A stretch of 64,000 nt of DNA from Candidatus Aenigmatarchaeota archaeon (GCA_038997165.1 JAWBAK010000001.1:436169-500168); one strand, 5' to 3'; positions 38,966 through 53,902 are shown, counted from the first letter of the stretch. Made by a program: numbers and translations. The notes: generated by a model from the sequence alone, not told the origin.

Positions 38966-39570
38966 ATAAGCTATTAATTCCTAGAAAAATTTATTTGAAA
39001 TATTTTTTACCTCTAGGAAAGGGGAAAAATAATTTGATGAAGAAATTTATTTATAAAGAATTGCCTAATGGAAATGTTATTTTAAATATTAGAGAAATAG
39101 ATAGAAGAATAAGAATGTTAGCTAAATATTTAGTTAATAAGAATGTTATGATAATAAATAGAAATAAAAAATATTTTTATGCTTTAAAAAAATTTGAAGA
39201 AATAACTGGAATAAAGGTTTATTTAGGAAGATTTTTACCAGGTACTTTTACTAATTATATGAGTGAAAATTTTAAAGAACCAGATGCAATTTTAGTTTTT
39301 GATTTAATAAATGATAATCAAGCAGTTAGAGAGGCTTACGATATGAACATTCCAATTTTTGCTTTATGTAATTCTGTTTCGAATCCTTCTAAAGTAGATT
39401 TTATAATTCCTATAAATAATAAAAGTAGAAAATCAATTGCATTATTTTTATATTTACTAGCTAGAGAAATTTGTTATACTAAAAAAATTATTAAGGATTA
39501 TAAAGAATTTAAATATAATATTGAAGATTTCATAGAAAAGAGATCAGAAAAAGAAATTTCTATTAAATAG
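38962..39570 (+). CDS. rps2: Ribosomal protein uS2
   Basis: [31 protein letters not shown]. Confidence 0.92.
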   Translation: MNKLLIPRKIYLKYFLPLGKGKNNLMKKFIYKELPNGNVILNIREIDRRIRMLAKYLVNKNVMIINRNKKYFYALKKFEEITGIKVYLGRFLPGTFTNYMSENFKEPDAILVFDLINDNQAVREAYDMNIPIFALCNSVSNPSKVDFIIPINNKSRKSIALFLYLLAREICYTKKIIKDYKEFKYNIEDFIEKRSEKEISIK

Positions 39571-39717
39571 ATTATAAATGTTTATGTTTTTTGATAACTC
39601 TTAAACTAATTTTAATCTTTATCGAGATTTATTTAATAAATTTTTTCCAGTAGATAAATTTTCTTAGAGGAATTTCTAAAATATTTTTTAGGCTCAAAAT
39701 TTTCAAAAAAATATTTT

Positions 39718-39818
39718 TGCCCCGGCCGGGATTTGAACCCGGGTCTGCGGCTTTCCTTTCATTAATCAATCCTTTCTGATCGAAAGGCCGCCATCCTTGG
39801 CCGCTAGACGACCGGGGC
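39718..39818 (-). tRNA. tRNA-Glu (TTC) with 28-nt canonical 37/38 intron (39753-39780)
   Basis: GCGGC-CT-TTC-G|intron|A-GCCGC; bulge-helix-bulge can form (CTTT/AAGG central helix); T-arm GGTTCAAATCC. Confidence 0.93.
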
Positions 39819-39862
39819 AAATAATTAACATAAATATTTTTAAAACTTATTTATATTTTCTT

Positions 39863-40249
39863 ATGCAACATAATTTACTAGCAGATGCATTATCAAAAAT
39901 TAAGAATGCAGAAAGAATAGGTAAAAAAGAGGTAATTATAAAAAGAAGTAAATTAGTAGAAAATGTTTTGAAAGTTATGCAGGAAAATAAATATATTGGA
40001 AGATATGAAATAATTCCTGATAATAAACAAGGATTAATAAGAGTTGAATTAAAAAACAAAATAGTTGATTGTAATGTGATTTCTCCAAGATTTTCAGTAA
40101 AGGTAAATGAAATTGAAAAGTATGAAAAAAGATTTTTACCAGCAAAAGGAGTTGGTATACTTATTCTAACAACTTCAAAAGGAGTTATTGATAATAAAAA
40201 AGCAAAAGAGTTACACATAGGCGGAAAATTATTGGCATATGTTTACTAA
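39863..40249 (+). CDS. rps8: Ribosomal protein uS8 (start corrected to ATG 39863)
   Basis: LADALSKIKNAE, ISPRFSV, EKRFLPA, GGKLLAYVY. Confidence 0.96.
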   Translation: MQHNLLADALSKIKNAERIGKKEVIIKRSKLVENVLKVMQENKYIGRYEIIPDNKQGLIRVELKNKIVDCNVISPRFSVKVNEIEKYEKRFLPAKGVGILILTTSKGVIDNKKAKELHIGGKLLAYVY

Positions 40250-40814
40250 CACAAAAACAGAAAAAATATATAAGGAAGAAATTGAGATTCCAGAAGATGT
40301 AAAAATAGAAATTAAAGATAATAAAATATTTGTAGAAGGAAAGTTTGGAAAAACTTATAAAGAAATAAAACATATTTCGTTAAATAAAATAATATTTTTT
40401 AAAATAGAGAACAACAAGTTTATTGCATATACTTTGAAAACAAAAAAAGAATACATTGCTATGGTTAATACTATAATCGCGCATGTAAAAAATTTAATTG
40501 AGGGTGTAACAAAAGGATACGAATACGTTATGAAAATAGTTTATTCACACTTTCCAATAAAAGTTGAAATTAAAGAAGAAAAAGTATTTATATATAATTT
40601 TTTAGGAGAAAAAAGACCTAGAATTGCAAATATAGTTGGAAATACTAAAGTAGAACTAAAGGAAAGTTATTTAATTGTTAGTGGAAATAATATTGAAGAA
40701 GTTGGGCAAACATGTAATAATATCGAGCAAGCGACAAGAATTTCCAAGTGGGATAGAAGAGTTTTTCAAGATGGAATATTTTTGATCGAAAGAAGAAATA
40801 TTATAAAAGAATGA
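40239..40814 (+). CDS. rpl6: Ribosomal protein uL6
   Basis: YSHFPI, NFLGEK.PR, DRRVFQDGI. Confidence 0.96.
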   Translation: MFTNTKTEKIYKEEIEIPEDVKIEIKDNKIFVEGKFGKTYKEIKHISLNKIIFFKIENNKFIAYTLKTKKEYIAMVNTIIAHVKNLIEGVTKGYEYVMKIVYSHFPIKVEIKEEKVFIYNFLGEKRPRIANIVGNTKVELKESYLIVSGNNIEEVGQTCNNIEQATRISKWDRRVFQDGIFLIERRNIIKE

Positions 40815-41173
40815 ACCCAAGAAAATTACCAGAATTTAAAAGACAATTAAAAGATTCAGTAAAAAGATTAAAAGGGAAGTGGAGAAAGCCGAGGGGAAAA
40901 CAAAGTAAGATGAGGCTTCATAAAAAAGGTAAGCCAAAAGTAGTAAGAATCGGTTATGGAGCACCAAAAGATTTAAAGTATAAAAATAGGGCAGGTTTTT
41001 ATGAAATTTTAATAGAAAGTATAAATGATTTAGAAAAAATCAAAAATTTAGATAGGAATTTATATGCAATAAGAATTTCTTCTAAAATAGGAAAGAAAAA
41101 AAGAATTGAAATAGAAAATAAAATAAAAGAACTTGGTTTTAAAATTTTAAATCCTAAGTATGTTGCTTCCTAA
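40811..41173 (+). CDS. rpl32e: Ribosomal protein eL32
   Basis: KWRKPRGKQSKMR, IGYG. Confidence 0.95.
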   Translation: MNPRKLPEFKRQLKDSVKRLKGKWRKPRGKQSKMRLHKKGKPKVVRIGYGAPKDLKYKNRAGFYEILIESINDLEKIKNLDRNLYAIRISSKIGKKKRIEIENKIKELGFKILNPKYVAS

Positions 41174-41852
41174 TCACATTGGAATAATTCCAGATGGTAA
41201 TAGAAGATGGGCAACAAAAAAAGGATTAGCTCCTTATATAGGTCATTGGTATGGCGCAAAAAAATTGGAAGAAATATGCAAATTTATCTTTGAATTAGGA
41301 ATAAAAAAATTAAGCATATATACTTTATCTACTGAAAATTTAAAAAATAGAAAAAAAGAAGAAATAAACGAATTATTTAAAATTTTTAAGACATATTTTA
41401 GAAAATGGTTAAAAGGAGAGTTCAAGGAAATTGATCTTTATGAAGTTAAAATAAACTTTTTTGGAAATTTTTTTATCTTACCAAAATCATTAGTAAAACT
41501 AATGAAAAAAATAATGCAAAAAACTTCAAAATATAACAAAAGAATTTTAAATATTCTTATTGCATATGGTGGAACTTATGAAATATTAAGAGCTGTTAAA
41601 GAAATGATAAAAAGAAAAGTAAAAATTGAAAAAATTGATGAGAAAGAAATAAAGAAATATTTGTTTGTAAAAGATGATGTTGATTTAATAATAAGAACTG
41701 GCGGCTATTCAAGATTATCAAATTTTTTACCTTTACAATCTACATATGCCGAAATTTATGTAACAAAAAAACTTTGGCCTGATATTACTAAAAAAGATAT
41801 TTTAGATGCAATTAAGTGGTATAGTAGAATTCAAAGAAAATTTGGTAAATGA
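41160..41852 (+). CDS. uppS: cis-Prenyltransferase (UppS family)
   Basis: HIGIIPDGNRRWA, STEN, AYGG, DLIIRTGG.SRLSNF. Confidence 0.95.
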   Translation: MLLPNHIGIIPDGNRRWATKKGLAPYIGHWYGAKKLEEICKFIFELGIKKLSIYTLSTENLKNRKKEEINELFKIFKTYFRKWLKGEFKEIDLYEVKINFFGNFFILPKSLVKLMKKIMQKTSKYNKRILNILIAYGGTYEILRAVKEMIKRKVKIEKIDEKEIKKYLFVKDDVDLIIRTGGYSRLSNFLPLQSTYAEIYVTKKLWPDITKKDILDAIKWYSRIQRKFGK

Positions 41853-42862
41853 TAATTATTATAGGTGCGGGAATTTCTGGTTTAAGTTTATCCTATTTTT
41901 TATCTTCTTTTGGAATAAAAAATTTAGTAATAGAAGTGAAAAAAGATGTTGGGATTAAGCATAGAAGCACTTGTTTAGTTTCTTCGAAAATTTTTAGATT
42001 ACTAAAAGTTTTAAGTAAAAATATAATTTTGAAAAATTATAGAGTTGCAAACTTTTGGTATGAAAATAAAAAAATATTTAGTGTAAAGAGTAAAAAAGAA
42101 ATGTTTTTATTAGATTATTTACAATTAGAAAAAGAAATATTCAATAATATCGATAAAACATTTTCTAATTTTTTATTCGAAGAAAAAGTTTTAGATGTTA
42201 ATTTTGACAAAAACATTTTAATTACAAACAAAAGAAAAATAAAATTTGAATATATTATAGATGCTACAGGAACCTTTTCTTTTTTAGCAAATAAGTTTAA
42301 TTTGTTTAAATTTAAGAAAATATTTAATTCTTTTGAGATTTTAGCTATTCCAAAAAAGAAATTTGAGGATATTAATATATTTTTCGATAGAAAATTTTCA
42401 AAAACTAAATTTGGTTGGTATATAGATTTAAGCGGAAAATCACTCATTGGATTAATTGATCAGAAGTTGGATTTTCAAAAATTTTTGAATTTTATTAAAA
42501 AATTCGAAATTGTAAAAATATATTATTCATATTCTCATCCTATATTATATTGTGAATTAAAGAAATTACGATTAAAAAATAGTTTAATAATAGGAGAAGC
42601 TGCTGGTCTAATAAAACCATTTAGTTTAGGTGGAATAACTTATGGAATAATTTCTTCATTCATTGCAGCTAAAACAATTAAAAATAATGAGATAGAAAAG
42701 TATGAAGATAAAATAAGAAAAATCTTTTTAAAGCCAATAATTTTTGGTAAATTCATAGATAAAATATTAAAATATAAAGTTTTTTTACAAACTATTTATT
42801 TTTTTAGATTAAACAATTTATTTAATTTTTTAGATCCTGACTTTATGAATATAAACATTTAA
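41849..42862 (+). CDS. FAD-dependent oxidoreductase, geranylgeranyl reductase-like (divergent)
   Basis: IIGAGISG, IDATG, IGEAAGLIKPFSLGGI. Confidence 0.75.
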   Translation: MIIIIGAGISGLSLSYFLSSFGIKNLVIEVKKDVGIKHRSTCLVSSKIFRLLKVLSKNIILKNYRVANFWYENKKIFSVKSKKEMFLLDYLQLEKEIFNNIDKTFSNFLFEEKVLDVNFDKNILITNKRKIKFEYIIDATGTFSFLANKFNLFKFKKIFNSFEILAIPKKKFEDINIFFDRKFSKTKFGWYIDLSGKSLIGLIDQKLDFQKFLNFIKKFEIVKIYYSYSHPILYCELKKLRLKNSLIIGEAAGLIKPFSLGGITYGIISSFIAAKTIKNNEIEKYEDKIRKIFLKPIIFGKFIDKILKYKVFLQTIYFFRLNNLFNFLDPDFMNINI

Positions 42863-43268
42863 TTCCTCTACATTCGTAAAATATTTGTTTATCTTTAAAA
42901 CCTTCGCAAATACCAGCTACTATTATTGTTATTTGTGTTTTATTGCATTCGAACTCTATATTTTCAGTTATAATATTTCCAACGTCTAAAACATTTATCA
43001 TTTTTGTAAGATTTTTTCCTTTATCTAAACAAATAAAATCTATAGTTACATTCTCAGATTTTTTTCCAGCTTTGTGTTGTAGAACACAAGTATTTATATG
43101 AGTATTATTGTGACTACATTTTAGTTCAATTGTATTCATACAAATATCTGGAATATTTGATGTTTGAAAAGAAATATAGGAATTAAAAAAATGCCATAAA
43201 AAAACAGCAGCTCCAACAGTTATAATTGCTAATAAAACAGTAGCTATTAATGGACTAATTCCTTTCAT
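42843..43268 (-). CDS. Archaeal type IV pilin
   Basis: Class III signal MKG|ISPLIATVLL followed by hydrophobic helix; Cys-rich head. Confidence 0.85.
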   Translation of the reverse strand: MKGISPLIATVLLAIITVGAAVFLWHFFNSYISFQTSNIPDICMNTIELKCSHNNTHINTCVLQHKAGKKSENVTIDFICLDKGKNLTKMINVLDVGNIITENIEFECNKTQITIIVAGICEGFKDKQIFYECRGIKCLYS

Positions 43269-43339
43269 AAAAAATAACTTTTACTTAAAAAATTATATAT
43301 AGTCAAATAAAGGTATAAATATATTTATATAAAATATAT

Positions 43340-43585
43340 ATGGAGGAAAACAAAAAAAATATAATTTTTAATCATTTTTTATCTCCAAAATATTCGATAC
43401 TTTCTGAAAATGAAAAAGAAGAACTACTAAAAAAATATAATGTTAAATTATCTCAACTACCAAAAATATTTATTGATGATCCTGTAGTTAAAGCTTTGGG
43501 AGCAAAAGTTGGTGATATAATAAAAATAGAAAGAAATATATTAGGAATAAAATCAATATATTATAGAGTGGTTGTAGAAAGATGA
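43340..43585 (+). CDS. rpoH: RNA polymerase subunit H (Rpo5)
   Basis: QLPKI..DDPV, GDIIKIER, YYRVV. Confidence 0.96.
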   Translation: MEENKKNIIFNHFLSPKYSILSENEKEELLKKYNVKLSQLPKIFIDDPVVKALGAKVGDIIKIERNILGIKSIYYRVVVER

Positions 43586-45098
43586 ACCAAAATCTATTAA
43601 TTACATTACTTTTGAAATCGTATATAGAAGAAAATGGATTAGTTAAGTATCAAATAGATTCATATAATGATTTTGTGACTAGAAGATTTCCAAAATTAGT
43701 TAGAAGTGTTGGAACAGTTAAGCCAGAAATTCCGGAATTAGGAGATATAAAAATTCATTTTATAGATGCGAGAGTTAATAATTATCCAACATTTGTAGAA
43801 GCTGATGGAGTTGTAAGAGGAGAAAATAATCCATTATTACCATTTGAAGCAAGAATAAGAGGTTTAACTTATTCTACTCCAATGTATTTAAAAGTTATTA
43901 CAGAGGTAGGTGGAATTAAAAGTGATCCAATTGAAGTTTATTTTGGTCAATTACCTGTAATGGTTAAATCGATTATATGTCCGTTATCTAGAATGAGTAG
44001 AGAAGAATTGATTAAAGTAAGAGAAGATCCAGATGATCCTGGGGGATATTTTATAATTAATGGTGTAGAAAGAAATTTAATTTTGATTGAAGAACTTGCA
44101 AATAATAAGCCAATAGTTAGAAAAGTTGATCAAAATAATATAATTGTAAATTGTAGAGTAAATTCAGAAAGAGAAGGATATATTGTTAAACATCTTTTTG
44201 AATTAAAGAAAAACGGAATATTATTAGCTACATTTTCTGCTTTAAGAGATTTTCCATTAGTAATTCTATTTAAGGCATTAGGAATAGAAAGTGATGAAAC
44301 TTTATTAAATTTAATTTCAGAAGATAAAGACGTTCAAGAAGAATTTATTATAAATTTATATGAATATCCTATAACTACTCAAGAAGAAGCTTTAGATAAA
44401 ATTGGAGAATATTTAAAAATTCCTCAAAAAAGATTAAGGAAAGAAAGAGCTGAAATGATTATAGATAAATACTTTCTTCTTCATTTAGGTCAAACTAAAA
44501 AAGATAGAATAAATAAAGCAATATTTTTGGCAAAAATTGTCGAAAGAATGTATAAGGTTGCTCTAGGAAAGGAAAAAGAAGATGATATTGATCATTATGC
44601 AAATAAAAGAGTAAGATTAGCTGGAGAATTATTTGAAATTTTATTTAGAACAATTTTAAAAGGAAAGCAAGGAGTAATAAATAGAATGATATTTAATTAT
44701 CAAAAACTCGCAAAAAGAGGAGGTTTACCTCCAATTCATGCTGCAATAGATGCAAATTTTGTTACTAATATTGTTCAATCTGTTATGGCAGTAGGAACAT
44801 GGATTGGAAATAGAACTGGTACATCTCAAAGATTAGAAAGAACTAATTTCAATAAAACATTAACACATTTAAGAGTTGTTAGCTCTCCACTAAAATCTAC
44901 ACAAGAACATTTTGAAGCTAGAGAGTTGCATCCAACACATTTTGGAAAATTATGCCTAGTAGAAACACCAGAAGGACCAACTATAGGTTTGAGAAAACAT
45001 TTAGCTATTTTTAGTGAAATAACTTTTGGAGTTAGTGATGAAGAAAGAGAAAAAATAAAAAAATTAATTGAAGAAGACATAGAATATAAAGTTGAATT

Positions 45099-45102
<4 letters not shown>
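43582..45102 (+). CDS. rpoB2: RNA polymerase subunit B'' (Rpo2N)
   Basis: QIDSYNDF, DPGGYFIING.E, DDIDHYANKR, ARELHPT, ETPEG. Confidence 0.95.
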
Positions 45103-49347
<4,245 letters not shown>

Positions 49348-49376
<29 letters not shown>

Positions 49377-50475
49377 AATATATGAAAGTTTACCGGAAAA
49401 TTTGAAGAAAAAAATAGATGATGCTATAAAAAAATTTAATTTAAAAGAGGAAAAAAAAGAAAAATTAATTTTAAGAGTATATGAAGAATATTTAAAGAAT
49501 TTAGTTGAACCAAATGAAAGTATTGGAATTTTAACAACTCAAAGTGTTAGCGAACCAGCAACTCAAGCAACAATGAGAGTATATCATCTTGCTGGTACTG
49601 TTGGTTTAAAAATTACACTAGGTTTGCCAAGATTAATAGAGTTATTTGATGCAAGAAAGGAAATTTCTTCTCCAACAATGATAATATATTTGAAAGAAGA
49701 ATATAATAATGAAGAAAAAGCATATGAACTTGCAAATAGTATAATAGAAAAAAAATTAGAAGATTTAGCTTCTCTAATAATAAATTTAAGTGATTTTACA
49801 ATAGAAGTAATACCTAATAATAAGGAAGATTTTGAAGAAATATTTGAAAAATTAAAAGAAAAAACAAAGGTTTGTGAAATTGAAAAGCAAAAAAATAAAA
49901 TAGTACTAATTCCCAAAAAAGAGTATGAATTTAAAGATTTAAGAATTTTAAGAGATAGAATTTCAAAAATTACTATTAAAGGGATTAAAGGAATAGAAGC
50001 TGCAATAGTTAGCAAAGAAGGAAATAAATGGATTATACAAACTCAAGGAAGCAATTTAAAGGAAATATTAAAGCATCCTTGGGTTGATGAAACACTAACA
50101 TATTCAAATAATCCGCATGAAGTTAAAGAAGTATTGGGAATAGAAGCTGCAAGAAATTTATTATTATTAGAAATATATAAAACATTACAACAACAAGGTT
50201 TAGATGTTAATGTAAGATTTTTATCTTTAGTTGCTGATACAATGTGTTTTAGCGGCGATATAATGCCAATAGGTAGATATGGTGTTGCAGGAAGAAAAGC
50301 TAGTGTTTTAGCAAGAGCTGGTTTTGAAGAAACCACAAAACATTTAATAGAAGCTGGTGTAAAAAACTTAAAAGATGAATTAAAAGGATCTTTTGAAAAT
50401 ATTATGATTGGAAATATAGCAAAAGTAGGAACAGGAAGAGTAGAAATAACAATAAAATATGGAGATAATAAGTGA
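49348..50475 (+). CDS. rpoA2: RNA polymerase subunit A'' (Rpo1C); start 49348 or 49354
   Basis: QSVSEPATQATMR, TLGLPRLIE, LGIEAARN, SVLARA.FE, GTG. Confidence 0.95.
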
Positions 50476-50719
50476 AATAAAAGAAGAAATAAAAAAAGGT
50501 AAGGCAATTTATGGATTTAGAAAGTGTTTAAAATATTTAAAGTTAAATGATCCTAAATTAGTTATAATAGCAAAAAATATTCCAGAAAATATGAAAAACG
50601 ACATATTTAGTGCTGTTGAAGATAAGAAAAAAATAGTTCAAGTAGATATGAGTAGCATCGAGCTAGGAGTTAGCTTAGGAAAACCATTTCCGATAAGTGT
50701 AATAGTAGTTAAAAAATGA
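50459..50719 (+). CDS. rpl30e: Ribosomal protein eL30
   Basis: LVIIAKN, ELG..LGKPF; canonical position after rpoA''. Confidence 0.9.
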   Translation: MEIISEIKEEIKKGKAIYGFRKCLKYLKLNDPKLVIIAKNIPENMKNDIFSAVEDKKKIVQVDMSSIELGVSLGKPFPISVIVVKK

Positions 50720-51117
50720 GAATTTTTGATAACGAAATAATAAGAATAATTAATTTAGTTGAGAATTTATCAAATGTTAATGTAAAAGATGTTGTTATTT
50801 TTGATAATGTTATGTATATCGTTGTAGAGAAAAATCAAAGAGAAAAATTAATTCATTTATTAGGTATTCTTAAAAAGATTTTAAACAAAGATATTAAAAT
50901 ATTGGAATACTCTTCAAATGTTTTTGAATTTTTAAAAGAATTAATTCCTTTTGTAAATTTTGTAAAAATAAAAAATTATAATGGAATTAAAGTAGCAGAA
51001 ATAGGAATTAATAAGGTATATAAAGGAATAGTTTACGGAAGAAATAAAAGAAAACTTAAGTTATATAAAACTTTATTAGAAAGAATGTATAAAATTAACG
51101 AAATTAAAATTATTTAA
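50716..51117 (+). CDS. nusA: Archaeal NusA-like KH protein (divergent)
   Basis: Synteny L30e-NusA-S12; KDIKILEYS, KG...GRN KH loop. Confidence 0.8.
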   Translation: MRIFDNEIIRIINLVENLSNVNVKDVVIFDNVMYIVVEKNQREKLIHLLGILKKILNKDIKILEYSSNVFEFLKELIPFVNFVKIKNYNGIKVAEIGINKVYKGIVYGRNKRKLKLYKTLLERMYKINEIKII

Positions 51118-51138
51118 ATTTTTATTAATAATTTAATA

Positions 51139-51561
51139 ATGCCAGGAGAATTTGCTGCAAGAAAATTGATAAAGAATAGAAAAAAATTTAGATGGAGTAA
51201 GTATGATTATAAATCTAGAGTTTTAGGTTTATGGAAAATGGATCCATTAGAAGGAGCACCACAAGCAAGAGGAATTGTAATTGAAAAGAGAGTTGTTGAA
51301 CAAAAAAGACCCCATTCTGGATTAATAAAATGTGTAAGAGTTAAATTGATAAAAAATGGAAGAGAATTGACAGCTTTTGTTCCAAAAAGTGGAAGTATTA
51401 ATTTTATTAATGAGCATGATGAAGTAATTGTTGAACCATTAGGAGGAGCGCAAAAAGGTCCAATTGGAAGTATGTGGGGAATAAGATATAAAGTTATCGC
51501 AGTTAATGGTGTATCTTTGGATGCAATAAGAAAAGGTAAAAAGCAGAAGCCAGCAAGATGA
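51139..51561 (+). CDS. rps12: Ribosomal protein uS12 (divergent decoding loops)
   Basis: [37 protein letters not shown]. Confidence 0.96.
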   Translation: MPGEFAARKLIKNRKKFRWSKYDYKSRVLGLWKMDPLEGAPQARGIVIEKRVVEQKRPHSGLIKCVRVKLIKNGRELTAFVPKSGSINFINEHDEVIVEPLGGAQKGPIGSMWGIRYKVIAVNGVSLDAIRKGKKQKPAR

Positions 51562-52154
51562 GCGAACTAAAATTATTCGGTAAATGGGATTGGAACGTTG
51601 AAGTAAAAGATATTGGATTAAAAAGATATATAAATCTAAAACCTTGTATTATTCCTAGAACATATGGAAGATATAGTCAAATAAGATTTGGTAAAGCAAA
51701 TATGAATATAGTAGAAAGATTAATTACTAAGATGATGGTACCTGGACATAAGGGTAAAAAACATTTAGTTTCTTCAGCTAGATGTGTAGGAAAAACAGAA
51801 AAAATTATAAAAATAGTAAAAGAAGTTTTTGAAATAATTGAGAAAAAAACTAAGAAAAATCCTATAGAAGTATTGGTAAGAGCTATAGAAAATGCTGCAC
51901 CATTAGAAGAGCCAATATCTTATCAAGTTGGAGGAATTATTGCTAGAACTGCTGTTATAGTTTCTCCGCAAAGAAGAGTTGATTTAGCGTTAAGAAATAT
52001 TGTAAATTCTTGTTATAGAAGAAAAGTTGGTTTTACTAAAATGTCTGAACTTTTAGCAGAAGAAATAATTGCTGCTGCTAATAACGATATTTCGAAAAGT
52101 TATGCATTAAAAGAGAAAGAAAGAATAGAAAAAGAAGCTGAAGGTGCTAAATAA
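51558..52154 (+). CDS. rps7: Ribosomal protein uS7
   Basis: [37 protein letters not shown]. Confidence 0.96.
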   Translation: MSELKLFGKWDWNVEVKDIGLKRYINLKPCIIPRTYGRYSQIRFGKANMNIVERLITKMMVPGHKGKKHLVSSARCVGKTEKIIKIVKEVFEIIEKKTKKNPIEVLVRAIENAAPLEEPISYQVGGIIARTAVIVSPQRRVDLALRNIVNSCYRRKVGFTKMSELLAEEIIAAANNDISKSYALKEKERIEKEAEGAK

Positions 52155-52944
52155 TTTTTTCTAATATTTCTCTTTGTTTTTCAGAAACTTTTTTAACAAT
52201 ATTTTCTAAATCTCTTGTATAGTGAATTATTAATTCTTTTCCTACTCTTCCCTGTAGCAAATCGATTTCATGCGATCTTAAATTATCAAAGAAACTTTCG
52301 AACGCCCTTCTAAAATCATATGGTTTAATATTATATTTTTTTAAATTTTTCCAATAACTTAGTTTTGATTTATATGCAATTTTTATATATTCAATGGCTT
52401 TTTCGTTTAAAATTGTTATAAAAACTTTTTTTGTCTTTCTTATTAATAATAGTTCGAAAACATAGGCATCATATATTTTTTGTTTTTTAATTTTTTCAAA
52501 ATTTTTTATAAAATAAATTAGTTCATGTGTTCTTAATCCTGTTAATAGATGTAAAATTGTAGTTGCTTTTAATTTTTTTGGAAAATATTTAATTTTTTCA
52601 AGCAGTTCATCTTTATTAATTTTTTCTTCGAGTATTTTTGGAATTTTTGGTATATACCAGCTAATGTTTGCTTTTTTTCTTAGTTCATTAAATTTTTTAT
52701 AATAAATATCTACATCATTTAATGCATCTAAGAATTTTGAATATGCTGCTAATGCCTGTAAAATATGTTTTTTTAAAGTTTTTTTATTTTCAGTAATTTT
52801 CTTAAATTCTATTGAAAAATCAACAGCATTTAAATTTAGTAAATATGAGTATTTTTTTGCATAGTTAACTAAATTGTTAATATGAGTTTTATTAGTGCAT
52901 TTTAAACTTAGAAATTCTTTAAATTTGTTCCAATCTATTTGCAT
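52147..52944 (-). CDS. Tyrosine recombinase/integrase, SSV1-like catalytic domain
   Basis: TGLR..E, RKTK, YDFRR.F, IDLLQGR, HYT catalytic Tyr. Confidence 0.82.
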   Translation of the reverse strand: MQIDWNKFKEFLSLKCTNKTHINNLVNYAKKYSYLLNLNAVDFSIEFKKITENKKTLKKHILQALAAYSKFLDALNDVDIYYKKFNELRKKANISWYIPKIPKILEEKINKDELLEKIKYFPKKLKATTILHLLTGLRTHELIYFIKNFEKIKKQKIYDAYVFELLLIRKTKKVFITILNEKAIEYIKIAYKSKLSYWKNLKKYNIKPYDFRRAFESFFDNLRSHEIDLLQGRVGKELIIHYTRDLENIVKKVSEKQREILEKII

Positions 52945-52976
52945 AAATTTTTAATTTTTATTTTCTAAAAAATATA

Positions 52977-53222
52977 ATGGAAGAGAGAATATTAAGAATA
53001 AACTTAAGAAAAGAATTGATTAAAAAACCAACATGGAATAGAAAAAAATTATTAATGTTAAGATTAAAAGAAAAATTAAAAAGGATTTTAAAAGTTGATG
53101 AAATTAAAATAGGTAAAAATTTAAACGAATTTATTCAAAGACATAGCCCGAAAAAATTAACTTATAAATTTACTTTAAGAATTGAAAAAGAAGATAATAT
53201 AGCAAAGGTTGATCTTGCATGA
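52977..53222 (+). CDS. rpl31e: Ribosomal protein eL31
   Basis: ERI..INLR, P.W.R, I...LNE; upstream of eIF6 as usual. Confidence 0.85.
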   Translation: MEERILRINLRKELIKKPTWNRKKLLMLRLKEKLKRILKVDEIKIGKNLNEFIQRHSPKKLTYKFTLRIEKEDNIAKVDLA

Positions 53223-53887
53223 AATACGAGCTTATAAATTATAATGGCGATTCAAATATTGGTATTTTTTTAAGAACATCCGAAGACATAACTTTAGTTC
53301 CTAAAAATATTGATAAAAAAATTACTGAAAAAATAGAAAAAATTCTTAAAACTGAAATTATTGAATGTAAAATTTGGGATTCATATTTACTTGGAATATT
53401 TTCGTGTTTAAATTCTAATGGATTAATTTTACCAAAAACAATTTTTGATAATGAATTTAATTTTTTTAAATCGTTAGATTTAAATATTGGAATTATTGAT
53501 TGCGATTATAATGCTATTGGAAACTTAATCCTTTGTAATGATTATTCTGCAATTGTAAGTCCATTAATTGATAAAGAAAGCTTAAAAATAATTAGAGATG
53601 TTTTAAATGTTGAGGTTATTGTTAGAAAAATAATGAAAAATAATTTGGTTGGTTCTATGGCTTATGTAACTAATAAGGGAATTTTATTTAATAGAAATAT
53701 AAATGAGGATGAAGCAAAAGAAATTAGTGAAATATTTAAAGTGAAAAGATATGGTGCAGGAAGTGTAAATATGGGAAATATTTATGTTTCTGTTGGTTTA
53801 ATTGCAAATTCTAAAGGAATAATATTTGGAGAAAAAACTAGTCCTTATGAAATTCAAATAGCATTAGAAGCTTTTGATTTTATTTAG
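53219..53887 (+). CDS. eif6: Translation initiation factor aIF6
   Basis: NIGIF, NSNG, GNLILCND, GSVNMG, ANSKG. Confidence 0.94.
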   Translation: MKYELINYNGDSNIGIFLRTSEDITLVPKNIDKKITEKIEKILKTEIIECKIWDSYLLGIFSCLNSNGLILPKTIFDNEFNFFKSLDLNIGIIDCDYNAIGNLILCNDYSAIVSPLIDKESLKIIRDVLNVEVIVRKIMKNNLVGSMAYVTNKGILFNRNINEDEAKEISEIFKVKRYGAGSVNMGNIYVSVGLIANSKGIIFGEKTSPYEIQIALEAFDFI

Positions 53888-53902
53888 TATATGTATATTT
53901 GA

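Noticed and set aside
39629-39862. ORF 39629-39820 and the extended uS8 start at 39797
   Set aside because: Both overlap tRNA-Glu; uS8 homology begins at ATG 39863.
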